Positions 9,982-20,271 of a stretch of DNA of 64,000 nucleotides are shown piece after piece (positions within the stretch are counted from its first letter, which is position 1; each line of letters begins with the position of its first letter). Below the pieces are notes generated by a model that saw only the letters and a list, made by a program, of their open reading frames with translations, had not been told where the DNA came from and searched no databases. Made by a program: the position numbers and the translations under genes. Source of the stretch: Candidatus Zixiibacteriota bacterium (GTDB lineage: Bacteria; Zixibacteria; MSB-5A5; GN15; JAAZOE01); contig JBDREQ010000020.1 in assembly GCA_043819555.1 (NCBI GenBank), positions 32,001-96,000 of the forward strand, given 5' to 3'.

Positions 9982-11763
9982 ATGAACAGACGCCATCTTG
10001 AGATTATTCTTTTTAGCGTATTAATCGTTTTTGCCACCGCTGTGCCAACGGCCGCACAAAACATCGACGCCAAAGAGTATCGACTCGATAATGGAATGCA
10101 GGTATTAATGGTCGAAAGACACGAGGCTCCGACTATTATGGCTTCGATCTTTGCACGCGTCGGATCGGCCAATGAGGTTTCAGGTATAACAGGAATTTCG
10201 CACCTCTTTGAACATATGATGTTTAAAGGTACGGAAATCATCGGAACCAAAGACATCAAGCGCGATCGGGAGATTATGGCACAGCTCGATTCCTTGCGAG
10301 AATTACTGCAGGTTGAAGAATCAATTATGAGAGAGGATTTGCGTCGGGGAAGAATTACCGATATGCTGGACCCTGACGCTAAAACACCCAGATACCGCGA
10401 GATAGAAAAAGTATTTGACAGCCTGATTGTTGAACAGCGAGAATTAATCATAAAAGATCAACTTAATGAACAATATTCAAAACATGGGGGGTTTTTTCTG
10501 AATGCCTTTACAAATTATGATGCCACCGGTTATTTTGTACGCCTTCCCAAAAACAAAATCGAACTCTATATGTGGATGGAATCAGATCGTTTCAAAAATC
10601 CGGTTTTTCGTGAATTTTATTCAGAGCGGGATGTCGTTCGCGAGGAACGGCGATTGGGAGTGGAATCGACGCCGACCGGACTTATTGAAGAAGACTTTAG
10701 CGCTATGTTCTGGAAATCTTCTTCATACAATTGGGATGTTATAGGCTGGTCGTCAGATTTGGGAAGCATTACTCGGGCACAGGCCATGGACTATTATGAC
10801 ACATATTATGCGCCAAATAACTTGACAATGATTCTGGTGGGGGATCTGAATCCGGATGAAATGATTAAAATGGTTAAGAAGTATTTTGAACGAATTCCCC
10901 GCGGGACAATCGAACCTCCCGATGTCGTAACTCTTGAAGAAAAACAATATGGGGAAAAACGATTAAGCGCCGAAGCCGAAACCAGCCCCCTGGCTGAAAT
11001 CTGGTATCACACCGTTGCCTGGAAAAATCCGGATAGCTACGCCTTTGAGGTTCTGGCCGGGATTCTAAATGGAAAAACCGGACGATTATACAATAAGTTA
11101 GTCGAAGAAAAAGGTATTGCAAAAAGTTCCGGAAGCGGTGGCGGCATGTTTGGCGGAAGTAATTTGGCCGTCAGCGGTCAGCAGGATTCCCGGAAGTATG
11201 CCGGGGCTTTTGCGTTTTCCGCGGAAGGATTATCCGGTGTTAAAGCCAAACAGCTTGAACAGGCAATGTATGAAGTCATTGAAGATCTCAGGAATAATCC
11301 CGTATCTGAACAGGAATTGCAAAAGGTCAAGAACCAGTTGCGGGTGGATAAGATCAAATTCATGGATATCATGTCGGGAATAGGCGTTTTATTTAACTTG
11401 GGTATGAATGCGGCAATGGGTGACTGGACGGAAGTCAATAATAATCCCGAAATGTGCGATTTGGTATCTGCCGAAGATATCCAGAGGGTAGCCAATAAGT
11501 ATTTCACCGATGATCAGAAAAACGTTTTGATTATCAATGCCAAGGCTGCCGAAGGTTCCGAAGGTGCACCTGACCCTCAATTTGTTCAAATGGTTCAGAG
11601 AATAAAATCAATGACCGATGCTGACCGACTCGAACAAATGATTGGGATGTTCTCCATGGGGATTGATCAGGCAGAAAACCCCGAAGAGAAGGCTCAAATG
11701 GAAGAAATATTGAAAATCGCCAATGATCATTTAAAAGAATTAAGGGCGGCCGAGAAGGAATAA
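9982..11763 (+). CDS. M16 (pitrilysin family) zinc peptidase, catalytic subunit, secreted
   Basis: Signal peptide; L-D-N-G-M, VGS, inverted zincin HLFEHMMFKGT, NAFT, distal EERR, YYAPNN; SD GGAG. Confidence 0.9.
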   Translation: MNRRHLEIILFSVLIVFATAVPTAAQNIDAKEYRLDNGMQVLMVERHEAPTIMASIFARVGSANEVSGITGISHLFEHMMFKGTEIIGTKDIKRDREIMAQLDSLRELLQVEESIMREDLRRGRITDMLDPDAKTPRYREIEKVFDSLIVEQRELIIKDQLNEQYSKHGGFFLNAFTNYDATGYFVRLPKNKIELYMWMESDRFKNPVFREFYSERDVVREERRLGVESTPTGLIEEDFSAMFWKSSSYNWDVIGWSSDLGSITRAQAMDYYDTYYAPNNLTMILVGDLNPDEMIKMVKKYFERIPRGTIEPPDVVTLEEKQYGEKRLSAEAETSPLAEIWYHTVAWKNPDSYAFEVLAGILNGKTGRLYNKLVEEKGIAKSSGSGGGMFGGSNLAVSGQQDSRKYAGAFAFSAEGLSGVKAKQLEQAMYEVIEDLRNNPVSEQELQKVKNQLRVDKIKFMDIMSGIGVLFNLGMNAAMGDWTEVNNNPEMCDLVSAEDIQRVANKYFTDDQKNVLIINAKAAEGSEGAPDPQFVQMVQRIKSMTDADRLEQMIGMFSMGIDQAENPEEKAQMEEILKIANDHLKELRAAEKE

Positions 11764-11788
11764 GGCACACGCCATAGGAGATACGAAC

Positions 11789-13297
11789 ATGAGAAGATTA
11801 TCAAACTTGTTTTTATATCGGCCGGTCGCGCCGGCAATAGTTTTGGCGTTAATGGCCGTCATGATCTTCGGTTCAATCGCATGGGCCGAGGAAATCGTCA
11901 ATCATCCCGACAAACTTACTTACGACGATCTAAACTATCAGCCACCTGGACCGGAGAAATATTATCATAAATTGGATTGCGGCGTGTCCGCGTACGTTGC
12001 CGAACATCACGAAGTTCCGACCTTTGATTTAACGATTTTGGTTCGCACAGGCTCGATTTATGACCCAGTAGAAAAAGCTGGTCTGGCTGATATGGCAGGA
12101 TACTTAATGCGCAATGGCGGAGTGGAAGGAATGACAGCCAGGGAAATCGATGAACACCTCGCTTTTTTGGCCGGTGAGGTATCGGTTGATATCGGCGACA
12201 CGCGCGGGTCAGCCAGTCTCTTTTGCCTGTCCAAAGATATCGATGAAGGACTGGAATTACTTAAGAAAATTCTCCGCAACCCTGTTTTTGGACAGGAAGC
12301 GCTGGATCTATATCGCACTGACATTCTCTCTGATTTAGAACAGCGAAATACATCTACTTCCGAGATTGAAACGCGGGAATGGCAATTTTTACTTTATGGC
12401 GACCATCCGCACACCATACCCTATCGCCGTACCGAGCAATCGGTAAATTCTATCACCCGCGAGGATTTAGTCGCCTTTCATCAAAAGTACTTTTTCCCTG
12501 GTAATTTTATAATCGCCGTGTCCGGAGATTTTAACACCGATGAAATTCTCGCAAAACTGAATAATCTATTTGCGGATTGGTCAGATAAGGAATTGAATCT
12601 TCCGGAAATAAGCGATCAAATCCCCAATGCCAAACCGGGCGTATATTTAATTAAGAAAGATGACGTAAATCAATCTCGAATAAGGATCGGGCATTTCGGG
12701 GTAAAACGAGATATATCGGATCAATATGCGCTGGAGGTAATGAATAATATTCTTGGCGGCGGAGGGTTTACTTCACGTATTGTCAGACGGGTTCGGTCCG
12801 ATGAGGGCCTGGCTTATAATGCCGGAAGCGCCTTTGACAAACTGGTTTTGTATCCGGGCACTTTCAGGGCATGGTTCCAGACCAAACATTCCACTGCCGC
12901 ATTTGGGACTGGTCTAATAGTTAAAGAGATAAATCGTATTCGCACGGAAAAATGCGAGGCGGAGATTGTTGATAATGCCAAAGCTAGTTTTGTTGGTAAA
13001 CTGGTCAATCCCTTCAGCAGTAAGAATGCAATTGTTAACACTTTTGCCGATGATGAATATACCAGCCGACCAAAGGATTACTGGAAGAACTACAAGAAAA
13101 ATATGGAGGCGGTTACGCCGGATGATGTTTTGGCCGCCGCCCAGAAATATCTGCACCCTGATAAATTAGTATTTCTGGTAGTCGGCGATCCCGACGCGGT
13201 TCAAAAGGGCTCAGATAAGCATGATGATAGTTTTGCAAATTTTGGCGAAATTACCATAATGCCTCTCCGAAATCCGATGACTTTGGAATTTGAGTAG
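11789..13297 (+). CDS. M16 peptidase non-catalytic partner subunit, secreted
   Basis: M16 fold motifs without HxxEH (ADMAGY at that site); GGGGFTSR and R-SDEGLAY substrate-binding R/Y pair; directly follows the catalytic subunit. Confidence 0.85.
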   Translation: MRRLSNLFLYRPVAPAIVLALMAVMIFGSIAWAEEIVNHPDKLTYDDLNYQPPGPEKYYHKLDCGVSAYVAEHHEVPTFDLTILVRTGSIYDPVEKAGLADMAGYLMRNGGVEGMTAREIDEHLAFLAGEVSVDIGDTRGSASLFCLSKDIDEGLELLKKILRNPVFGQEALDLYRTDILSDLEQRNTSTSEIETREWQFLLYGDHPHTIPYRRTEQSVNSITREDLVAFHQKYFFPGNFIIAVSGDFNTDEILAKLNNLFADWSDKELNLPEISDQIPNAKPGVYLIKKDDVNQSRIRIGHFGVKRDISDQYALEVMNNILGGGGFTSRIVRRVRSDEGLAYNAGSAFDKLVLYPGTFRAWFQTKHSTAAFGTGLIVKEINRIRTEKCEAEIVDNAKASFVGKLVNPFSSKNAIVNTFADDEYTSRPKDYWKNYKKNMEAVTPDDVLAAAQKYLHPDKLVFLVVGDPDAVQKGSDKHDDSFANFGEITIMPLRNPMTLEFE

Positions 13298-13315
13298 TAA
13301 ATTATTCTATACAAT

Positions 13316-13345
13316 GAAAGTAGTCCCTGACAGGGGGCTACTTTC
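13316..13345. terminator. Hairpin terminator between convergent M16 and MacB-like genes
   Basis: GAAAGTAGTCCCT-gac-AGGGGGCTACTTTC inverted repeat. Confidence 0.65.
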
Positions 13346-13365
13346 TGAAATTCCAATAATATTAT

Positions 13366-14565
13366 TTATTCGTGATAAAGAGCCCCAATTACTTCAACCT
13401 GGGCCGCCCTTATGGCCGGATAAAGTCCGGAGACAACGCCTATGCCAATACAAATCAAGACCGAATAGAGAATCCAGTACCAGGGTAAAATTAATTCGGC
13501 TCCGATAATAAATTTATTTATTGCCATTCCGGCAACGATTCCAATAATGCCGCCAACTACTCCGAGGGCTATTGACTCGGTAACAAACTGGATCAAAATC
13601 ATTCGCCGATTAGCTCCCACAGCCCGGCGTATCCCGATTTCGCGAGTTCTCTCCGTCACAGAAACCAGCATGACATTGGCGATTCCTATTCCCCCGACGC
13701 CAAGAGAAATGAGGGCAATTAGAATAATAAATCGTGCCAATTCTTCATTGGTGTCCTGGATCGTAGATAAAAAGAAATCCTGCCGGCGCACTCGAAAATC
13801 ATTATCCTGATCGGGGCGTAAACGGTGGTTGCGCCTTAAGATATGCTCAATATCAAAAAGAGCCTCATCATTATCATCAGCAGATGTTATCTGGGCCAGT
13901 ATATTGCTAAGATGATCGACTCCGTAGAGCCGCTCCTGAGCGGTGGTCAATGGTATAAATACCTGATCGTCAGGATTTGACCAGCCTTCGCCCTTAGCCT
14001 CAAGTAGTCCGATAACTTCAAATCGTTTCGATTTTATTAATATTGTTTTGCCAAGCGCGGCGTCTTCTCCGAATAATTCGGTTTGTACCGTGGCGCCCAG
14101 AATACAAACCTGAGATCGCTCGCGCATTTCAATTTCGGAAAAAAATCTTCCTTCAATCGGGGAGCTGTTGTTGACTGCCGCGTATTCGGGTGTAGTTCCG
14201 GTTACGCGCGTGTTGTAATTTTTATCCCGGTACTCAGCCATCGCAGAGGCCGAATAGGTCGGAACCGCGGTTGTAATTATTTTTGAGGAATTTTGTATTT
14301 CCCGGGCATCATTCCAGGTAAGATTAACGACGCTGGCCGAAGTCCTGACTCCGTGCATATGGGAAAATCCAGGCCGAATCATGAGGACATTAGAGCCAAG
14401 CGATTCTAACCTCTCGTTAATTCTCTTTTTGGTTATTTCTCCTAAAACAACAACATAAAGTACGGCGGCAATTCCAACGGCGATTCCAATTAGGGTCAAA
14501 ATCGAACGCAGAGGATTTGCGCGGAGGCTCTGGAAAGCGACTTTCATATTTTCCAATAATATCAT
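13366..14565 (-). CDS. MacB/FtsX-family ABC permease (no fused ATPase)
   Basis: RSILTLIGIAVGIAAV, LGSN, periplasmic MacB core, VGGIGIANVMLVSVTERTREIGIRRAVGA, GLYPA; start set at ATG 14565. Confidence 0.9.
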   Translation of the reverse strand: MILLENMKVAFQSLRANPLRSILTLIGIAVGIAAVLYVVVLGEITKKRINERLESLGSNVLMIRPGFSHMHGVRTSASVVNLTWNDAREIQNSSKIITTAVPTYSASAMAEYRDKNYNTRVTGTTPEYAAVNNSSPIEGRFFSEIEMRERSQVCILGATVQTELFGEDAALGKTILIKSKRFEVIGLLEAKGEGWSNPDDQVFIPLTTAQERLYGVDHLSNILAQITSADDNDEALFDIEHILRRNHRLRPDQDNDFRVRRQDFFLSTIQDTNEELARFIILIALISLGVGGIGIANVMLVSVTERTREIGIRRAVGANRRMILIQFVTESIALGVVGGIIGIVAGMAINKFIIGAELILPWYWILYSVLICIGIGVVSGLYPAIRAAQVEVIGALYHE

Positions 14566-14593
14566 ATCATTTTTCCGACATATATAAATTTGA

Positions 14594-15781
14594 TTATCGC
14601 CGCCCCGAGGTAGAATTTGAATCAGACGTCCCAAAACCTCGCGTGCTTCTAATTCTCTGTTCCATCCGATCATTTTCGGCCTTAAGCCGCGAGTCCATCG
14701 GTACACCCAATATATCTCCTTGCTTTAGCCCGGAAATGACAATGGCCTGCTTGAAATCATAAAGTCCAATTTCAATTTCACGCGACACGAATTCCCCATT
14801 CTCTTTGACGAGCGCATTGCGCAAAGAGCGGTTTATGCCCGCGGGATCCGAAATCATTAATGCCATCATCGGCGCAATCAATACATCATCTTGTTCGACA
14901 ATCGTGATTTCTACCGAAGCGTTCATTCCTGACTTAAGCATGCCATCAGTGTTCTCCACTTCAATTATAACATCAAAAAGTGTTACATTCTGCTCGATCC
15001 GGGCTTCGGGCGACATTCGAATTATGCTGCCGCGGAATTTTTTAAATGGATAGGCTTCCGCCGTGACATTTGCCTCTTGGTTAATTTGAATTTTTCCGAC
15101 ATCGATTTCGTCTATTCCGGCTGTTATGTAAACGTGATTCATATCCGCTACTGCCACGATTGGAGTCCCACCGCTGACGTTATTAATGCCTGAAGAGATA
15201 ATTTGCCCCGCTTCAACGAATTTTTTGAGAATAACGCCGTCAATCGGGGCGCGCACGATGGTTTCGCTCAATCGCACTTCGGCTTGATTACGCGCGATTC
15301 GGGTTCTGACAAGTTTGCCTTTTGCCTGAGCCAGCGACAGTTCGACTCGGTCGAGCTCCTGCCGGGATATGAGATGCTTATCAAATAGTTCTTTCTGGCG
15401 GCTGAAATCATTTTCAGTCTGAGTCAATTCCGCCTCCGCAATATCCAAATCCGCCTGGGTTTGATCGACTTCAGCCTGTACATCGGTTTTATCGAGGCGG
15501 CAGATTAACTCATCTTTTTTGATAAAATCACCTTCCTCAACGGGCAAATATTCTATTCTCCCGCTAGCCTTAGATTTTATTTCAATTCTATCAATCGGGT
15601 TGACTACACCCGAAGCCGTAACCGAAATCCTGAAATCACTGCGCATAATTTCATATTCCTTATACTTAGTCACTCCGCCATCGGGGTTGTTTTGTCGATT
15701 ACTGCCATATTGAGCAATTGCGAAAACAATAATGAGGATAACAGCCAGCCCAGTGGTAAATTTCCATCCCGAAATTTTCAT
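14594..15781 (-). CDS. Efflux RND/ABC periplasmic adaptor subunit (MacA-like)
   Basis: N-terminal TM; lipoyl-like halves ASGRI..L.VEEGD and IVRAPIDG; DEIDVGKI; LKSGM; SD AGGAG upstream of ATG 15781. Confidence 0.88.
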   Translation of the reverse strand: MKISGWKFTTGLAVILIIVFAIAQYGSNRQNNPDGGVTKYKEYEIMRSDFRISVTASGVVNPIDRIEIKSKASGRIEYLPVEEGDFIKKDELICRLDKTDVQAEVDQTQADLDIAEAELTQTENDFSRQKELFDKHLISRQELDRVELSLAQAKGKLVRTRIARNQAEVRLSETIVRAPIDGVILKKFVEAGQIISSGINNVSGGTPIVAVADMNHVYITAGIDEIDVGKIQINQEANVTAEAYPFKKFRGSIIRMSPEARIEQNVTLFDVIIEVENTDGMLKSGMNASVEITIVEQDDVLIAPMMALMISDPAGINRSLRNALVKENGEFVSREIEIGLYDFKQAIVISGLKQGDILGVPMDSRLKAENDRMEQRIRSTRGFGTSDSNSTSGRR

Positions 15782-15973
15782 AAAACTCCTTATCAATTCA
15801 ATGCAAAATACATATACGCAAAATATAGATGGCCTTTTGATGAAAATCAATCCCGTTTGATTGATTTATACAGGAATCAATTATTTTTGGTCGCACATTA
15901 AATAGATCAAACGGTCTTATAGGCCATTTTCGTATTTTGGCATATGGGCTCAAATAAAGTTGAGGAGAAATCA

Positions 15974-16558
15974 ATGAGCAATAATGTAAATGCTGCTGCT
16001 CAAATTGAAATGGAAAAAGCAATCGAGGAAATATCAAAGTACCGGGCAAAGATACGCGAATTGAGAAAAAGTCTGCCGCCGGAAGAAATCGGACAATACC
16101 AGTTTACTGACGGTAACGGGAATAAAGTATCTTTATCGAGCCTTTTCGGGAATAAAAAAGACCTCATAATCGTTCATAATATGGGAAAGGGTTGTCCCTA
16201 TTGCACTCTTTGGGCTGATGGATTCAACGGCGTATATCAACATTTGGAAAACCGGGCTGGATTCGCGGTTGTTTCTCCCGATAAGCCGGAAACTATGAAG
16301 GAATTTTCTCGGGGCCGAAATTGGAAATTCAGGATATTATCCAACGCCAAAGGGAACTTCACCAAAGATATGGGATATGAGGACGAAAAAGGCAACCCGC
16401 ATCCCGGTATTTCGACGTTTCATCGCGATTCCGATGGCAAAATCTATCGCATTTCACACGCTCCTTTTGGGCCGGGTGATGATTTCTGCGCTGTATGGTA
16501 TATGTTTGATATGCTTCAAGGCGGAGCAAATGGCTGGCAACCTAAGTACATGTATTAA
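15974..16558 (+). CDS. DUF899 family thioredoxin-like protein
   Basis: R..LP, Y.F....G.VSL..LF, CPYC redox motif, GISTF; SD GAGGAG before ATG 15974. Confidence 0.75.
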   Translation: MSNNVNAAAQIEMEKAIEEISKYRAKIRELRKSLPPEEIGQYQFTDGNGNKVSLSSLFGNKKDLIIVHNMGKGCPYCTLWADGFNGVYQHLENRAGFAVVSPDKPETMKEFSRGRNWKFRILSNAKGNFTKDMGYEDEKGNPHPGISTFHRDSDGKIYRISHAPFGPGDDFCAVWYMFDMLQGGANGWQPKYMY

Positions 16559-16874
16559 AAGTGGTTCAAACGTTCCTTGTTTTTGAAACAGGAAAGGAGA
16601 ACCGTTATCTTACAACGCAGACAAAATACTCTAAAAAACTCATTGCATAAATTCCGAAAATATCTATTTTAAAATAGATAACCACCTCGTATCCTTCACC
16701 TACTGAAATTCTATTGCCATAGTTCGATAGAATTGGGTATGTCATGGCTAAATCAGTATTTACATTATGAAATTAATTATGTGACAAAGTCGGATTCCGA
16801 AATACTAAATGCGAGCTGTTATAAATACAGAGTATTGATCATTCGGCCATAATAAATTTACCTGGGAGGGCATT

Positions 16875-19634
16875 ATGAAATCATGGAGACATTTTATTGG
16901 TGGCGCCGTTTGTATTCTGACGATCATTGCGGGGATTGACTGCATGGCTCAGGACCCGGGGCTTCCTGATACCGTTAAAATCGAGGGGGGACCGCTGATT
17001 GTCGGAAGATCAATCCCTCTCGCATTTACTGTTGTAAATGATGAATTCGTCCGGGGGAATACATCCGGCCTATTAATTTTCTCAAATGATGGCGGTTGCG
17101 CCAGCTATGATTCGGTCGTTTATATTAATCGCCAAAATGACCCATCTGTTATGGATTTTAGGTTGGTCAGATCGCGAAAGGAAACCTGTATTGGAAATGA
17201 TAGCCTTCATGTCGTCAATGGCACCTGGTTCGGAAATCCCCTGCCTCCCGGAAGTGATCCAATTCTCCTTCTTTATTTCACGGGTATCAACACCGGTCAT
17301 ATAACCATTGATTCTTCCTATTTTCCGCCCGGGGCTCCGTTTGCGTTGCAACGGTGGGATTACATCAATGGCTATACGCCGCAATTTACATCAACCACTA
17401 TTGAGATTATCGAAGGAACATTGCCTCCGGAAATTGCAGTTCCCGATGGTTATCTCTCTACAACCGCCGGAGAAAGCATTAGTTTTGAAATTGGAGGATA
17501 TTCACCTGAAGATTTCCCAATCACTCTTGAACTGATTGGCATGAAAGGTTTCGACGATGACGCAAGGTTACCGGAAAATTTACCAACTTTGAGCGAAGAG
17601 AATCCGGCGCTCTTCGAATGGTATGTTACTTCCAATGACATTGGCATCTGGACCGCCTTATTTAGAGTCTGTGATACCGAGGGATTATGCGTTGTCGACA
17701 GCGTCGTTATTCAGGTTGTGGGAAGCGCACCCTATTTAATTACCATGAACATACAAGAAATAATGGGTGTTTGTAATGCCAACAGTTTAGCCCACGGTAA
17801 TTTCGATGAAGACGACAATCCAGAATTATTTATCAGCGGAACCGGGAGTAATTTAACTCCTACCATGGAGCTGTACGATTTTAATTCTTCGGAAGGTTGG
17901 CAACGAGTATTTGCACATAAAGACCTGGAACCGAAATTTGGCTCACAAGCGGGTTATTTTAATGGCGACAGTAATTTGGATGTTTTCTTAATGGGATTTG
18001 AAAACGGGCCATACCGAGTTCTTACCGCTGAAGGAGATGGCGCTAATTCTTTTGCGCTTTCAGGATTTGAAAATGATGGCCATGTAACGCGCAATATTAT
18101 CAGTGGAGAATTTACGGGTGATAATTATATCGATGTCGCCTCAACATGGCACGACGGTGTTCGGATTTATGCCGGCAATAATCAGGGTGATTTTTCATAT
18201 ATCTCCATAATTCCCACTTCCGACTCTGCGGTTACTGTAAACTCCGCCGATTTTAATGGTGATGGAATCGATGATTTGGCTATTGGTACTAAAAGCGGTA
18301 TAAAAATATATCTTGGCGACGGGACTGCTGGATTTAATGAAGTGGAATTTCATCCACAAGTGTATGCCACTCTGGATGTCGAGATTACCAACAACGGCAG
18401 TGATTTCAATAACGATAATATTTACGATCTGTGTATCTCCACGCCATCTGTTGGAGGCGAAAGAAGTGAAATTGTTATTTATCTTGGCAATGGGGATGGT
18501 ACGTTCAGCCAGCATGTGATTCGCGATATCACGGGACAAGTTTTTGGCAATTGCGTTGGCGATTTTAATAACGATAGTCGACTCGATATTGCGTTCGTCA
18601 ATGGCTCCCAAAAATATGTCGGTATTTTATTTGGCGAAGGGGATGCCACATTTTCAAATGAGATGAGATATGAAGTTAAAAATCATATCCCCAGATATAT
18701 TGATTGTTTTGATGCTGATCTGGATGGCGATCTCGATATAATAGTCGCATCTATTACCGTGGACCAGGGAAATTCGCTTTATTATCTGGAAAATCAGACA
18801 AATCCAGATGGTTACTTGCCCCAGTCACTAACATTGACCGCATTTGATAACGCCACCATTGAACTCAATTCTGCGGACGGGAAAGTATTCAATCGGATAA
18901 AAAACGTGATGCCTTCGGGAGATTATTATCGCCGCAATGTCGATCTTGATGATGATATGGATGATTTTATCTCCATGGGCGTCGTCGAAAATGAGGCTTA
19001 TTCGCTCAAAGCGTTCCCTAAATCAGATAAATCAATAGGAGAGACATTCTCACTGGAATTTACTATTAATGGGCGGCTCTACCGCCTGGCCAAAGATATG
19101 CCAATGCGGTCCGAAGGTTATCAGTTTACGTTTTACGCAGGCGATGATTTTCCCGCTATGCCTCGGCCGGGGAAAATTACGCATATAAATCCGCCAACCT
19201 TTATGTGGCAGGGGGAAGGACCGTTTCATTTTCAATTAGCCCGCGACTATGATTTCAATAACGTACTTTATGATTTGACAATTTACGGAAACGAATATAC
19301 GACCGACGGCCTGTTGGACGTGATTGACACAACTACATATTATTGGCGGATTAAACCGGTGGGCGAGCCCGAATACGATTGCCTGTATGTTATCAGTTTA
19401 TACCTCAATCCGGGCAATCATTGCGGCGACGCCAATGATGATGGAATTGTAAACATCGGCGATGCGGTATTTCTCATCAACCATATATTCAAAGGCGGAC
19501 AGGCGCCATATCCTTTAGAAATAGGCGATGCCAATTGCGATGGTAACACAAATGTAGGAGACGCTGTTTATATCATTAATGTTGTATTCAAGGGCGGACC
19601 GGGTATATGTGACAATTGTGATATAGCATGGTAG
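16875..19634 (+). CDS. Secreted multidomain protein: cohesin-like N-domain, Ig-like domain, FG-GAP/VCBS beta-propeller, FN3-like domain, C-terminal dockerin
   Basis: Signal peptide; multiple (A/G)DFNxDGxxD and GNGDG repeats; YYWRIKP; duplicated GDAN.DG..N(I/V)GDAV dockerin from 19422; SD GGAGG. Confidence 0.8.
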   Translation: MKSWRHFIGGAVCILTIIAGIDCMAQDPGLPDTVKIEGGPLIVGRSIPLAFTVVNDEFVRGNTSGLLIFSNDGGCASYDSVVYINRQNDPSVMDFRLVRSRKETCIGNDSLHVVNGTWFGNPLPPGSDPILLLYFTGINTGHITIDSSYFPPGAPFALQRWDYINGYTPQFTSTTIEIIEGTLPPEIAVPDGYLSTTAGESISFEIGGYSPEDFPITLELIGMKGFDDDARLPENLPTLSEENPALFEWYVTSNDIGIWTALFRVCDTEGLCVVDSVVIQVVGSAPYLITMNIQEIMGVCNANSLAHGNFDEDDNPELFISGTGSNLTPTMELYDFNSSEGWQRVFAHKDLEPKFGSQAGYFNGDSNLDVFLMGFENGPYRVLTAEGDGANSFALSGFENDGHVTRNIISGEFTGDNYIDVASTWHDGVRIYAGNNQGDFSYISIIPTSDSAVTVNSADFNGDGIDDLAIGTKSGIKIYLGDGTAGFNEVEFHPQVYATLDVEITNNGSDFNNDNIYDLCISTPSVGGERSEIVIYLGNGDGTFSQHVIRDITGQVFGNCVGDFNNDSRLDIAFVNGSQKYVGILFGEGDATFSNEMRYEVKNHIPRYIDCFDADLDGDLDIIVASITVDQGNSLYYLENQTNPDGYLPQSLTLTAFDNATIELNSADGKVFNRIKNVMPSGDYYRRNVDLDDDMDDFISMGVVENEAYSLKAFPKSDKSIGETFSLEFTINGRLYRLAKDMPMRSEGYQFTFYAGDDFPAMPRPGKITHINPPTFMWQGEGPFHFQLARDYDFNNVLYDLTIYGNEYTTDGLLDVIDTTTYYWRIKPVGEPEYDCLYVISLYLNPGNHCGDANDDGIVNIGDAVFLINHIFKGGQAPYPLEIGDANCDGNTNVGDAVYIINVVFKGGPGICDNCDIAW

Positions 19635-19684
19635 ATGGTCGCAATACGAGAATTTTTGGCATTAAGATTATATATAGAGATATT

Positions 19685-19719
19685 AGCTCCACAATTATGG
19701 TGAAATTGTGGAGCTTTTT
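19685..19719 (+). terminator. Intrinsic terminator
   Basis: AGCTCCACAATT / AATTGTGGAGCT 12-bp stem followed by TTTT. Confidence 0.8.
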
Positions 19720-19854
19720 GTGAAGTATATTTCATTGAAGTAAATTCGAAAAAATGGGTAATAATACCGCTCTGTGGAAAACACATTTAATTAAAATGGG
19801 TTGTAATACTTAAAAATATGATTTTCATAATGCAATCAAGTGTGGAGACATGAA

Positions 19855-20271
19855 ATGGCAGAAAACAAAACTCAACCAACCAAGCGAAGCGTAGAAAAGT
19901 TCTTATCCGGAATAACCCCCGATAAAAAGCGAGAGGATTCTTTGGTTCTATTGGAATTGATGAAAAAGGCTACCGGGGAAAAACCGCAAATGTGGGGCGA
20001 TAGTATTATTGGTTTTGGGACTTATCATTACAAATATGCGAGCGGACGCGAGGGTGATTTTTTAATGACCGGGTTTTCACCTCGAAAGCAAAATCTGACG
20101 GTCTATATTATGCCGGGATTCGATCGGTTTGCGGATTTAATGGGAAAATTGGGTAAATTTAAAATTTCAAAATCATGCCTGTATATTAAAAACCTTGAGG
20201 ATGTCGACATCTCAGTTTTAAAGAAATTGATAAAACAATCAATGGATTACATGATCAAGATTTATAAGTAA
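19855..20271 (+). CDS. DUF1801 (YdhG-like) domain protein
   Basis: MAENKTQPT..SV, MWGDSIIGFGTYHYKYASGREGD, GFSPRK, KSCLYIK; SD GGAG. Confidence 0.85.
   Translation: MAENKTQPTKRSVEKFLSGITPDKKREDSLVLLELMKKATGEKPQMWGDSIIGFGTYHYKYASGREGDFLMTGFSPRKQNLTVYIMPGFDRFADLMGKLGKFKISKSCLYIKNLEDVDISVLKKLIKQSMDYMIKIYK

Noticed and set aside
9789..10451. N-terminal 220 aa of the 600-aa minus-strand ORF, overlapping the M16 gene
   Set aside because: Antisense run-through of the M16 coding strand; MBL homology, TM anchor and a promoter all point to ATG 9788
14566..14706. Extended N-terminus of the MacB-like ORF overlapping macA
   Set aside because: Out-of-frame overlap; family homology begins at MILLENMK (14565)
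17800..18760. Nucleotide-level repeats that might be a CRISPR or tandem array
   Set aside because: They are degenerate in-frame FG-GAP coding repeats; no identical repeat-spacer structure seen anywhere in the window
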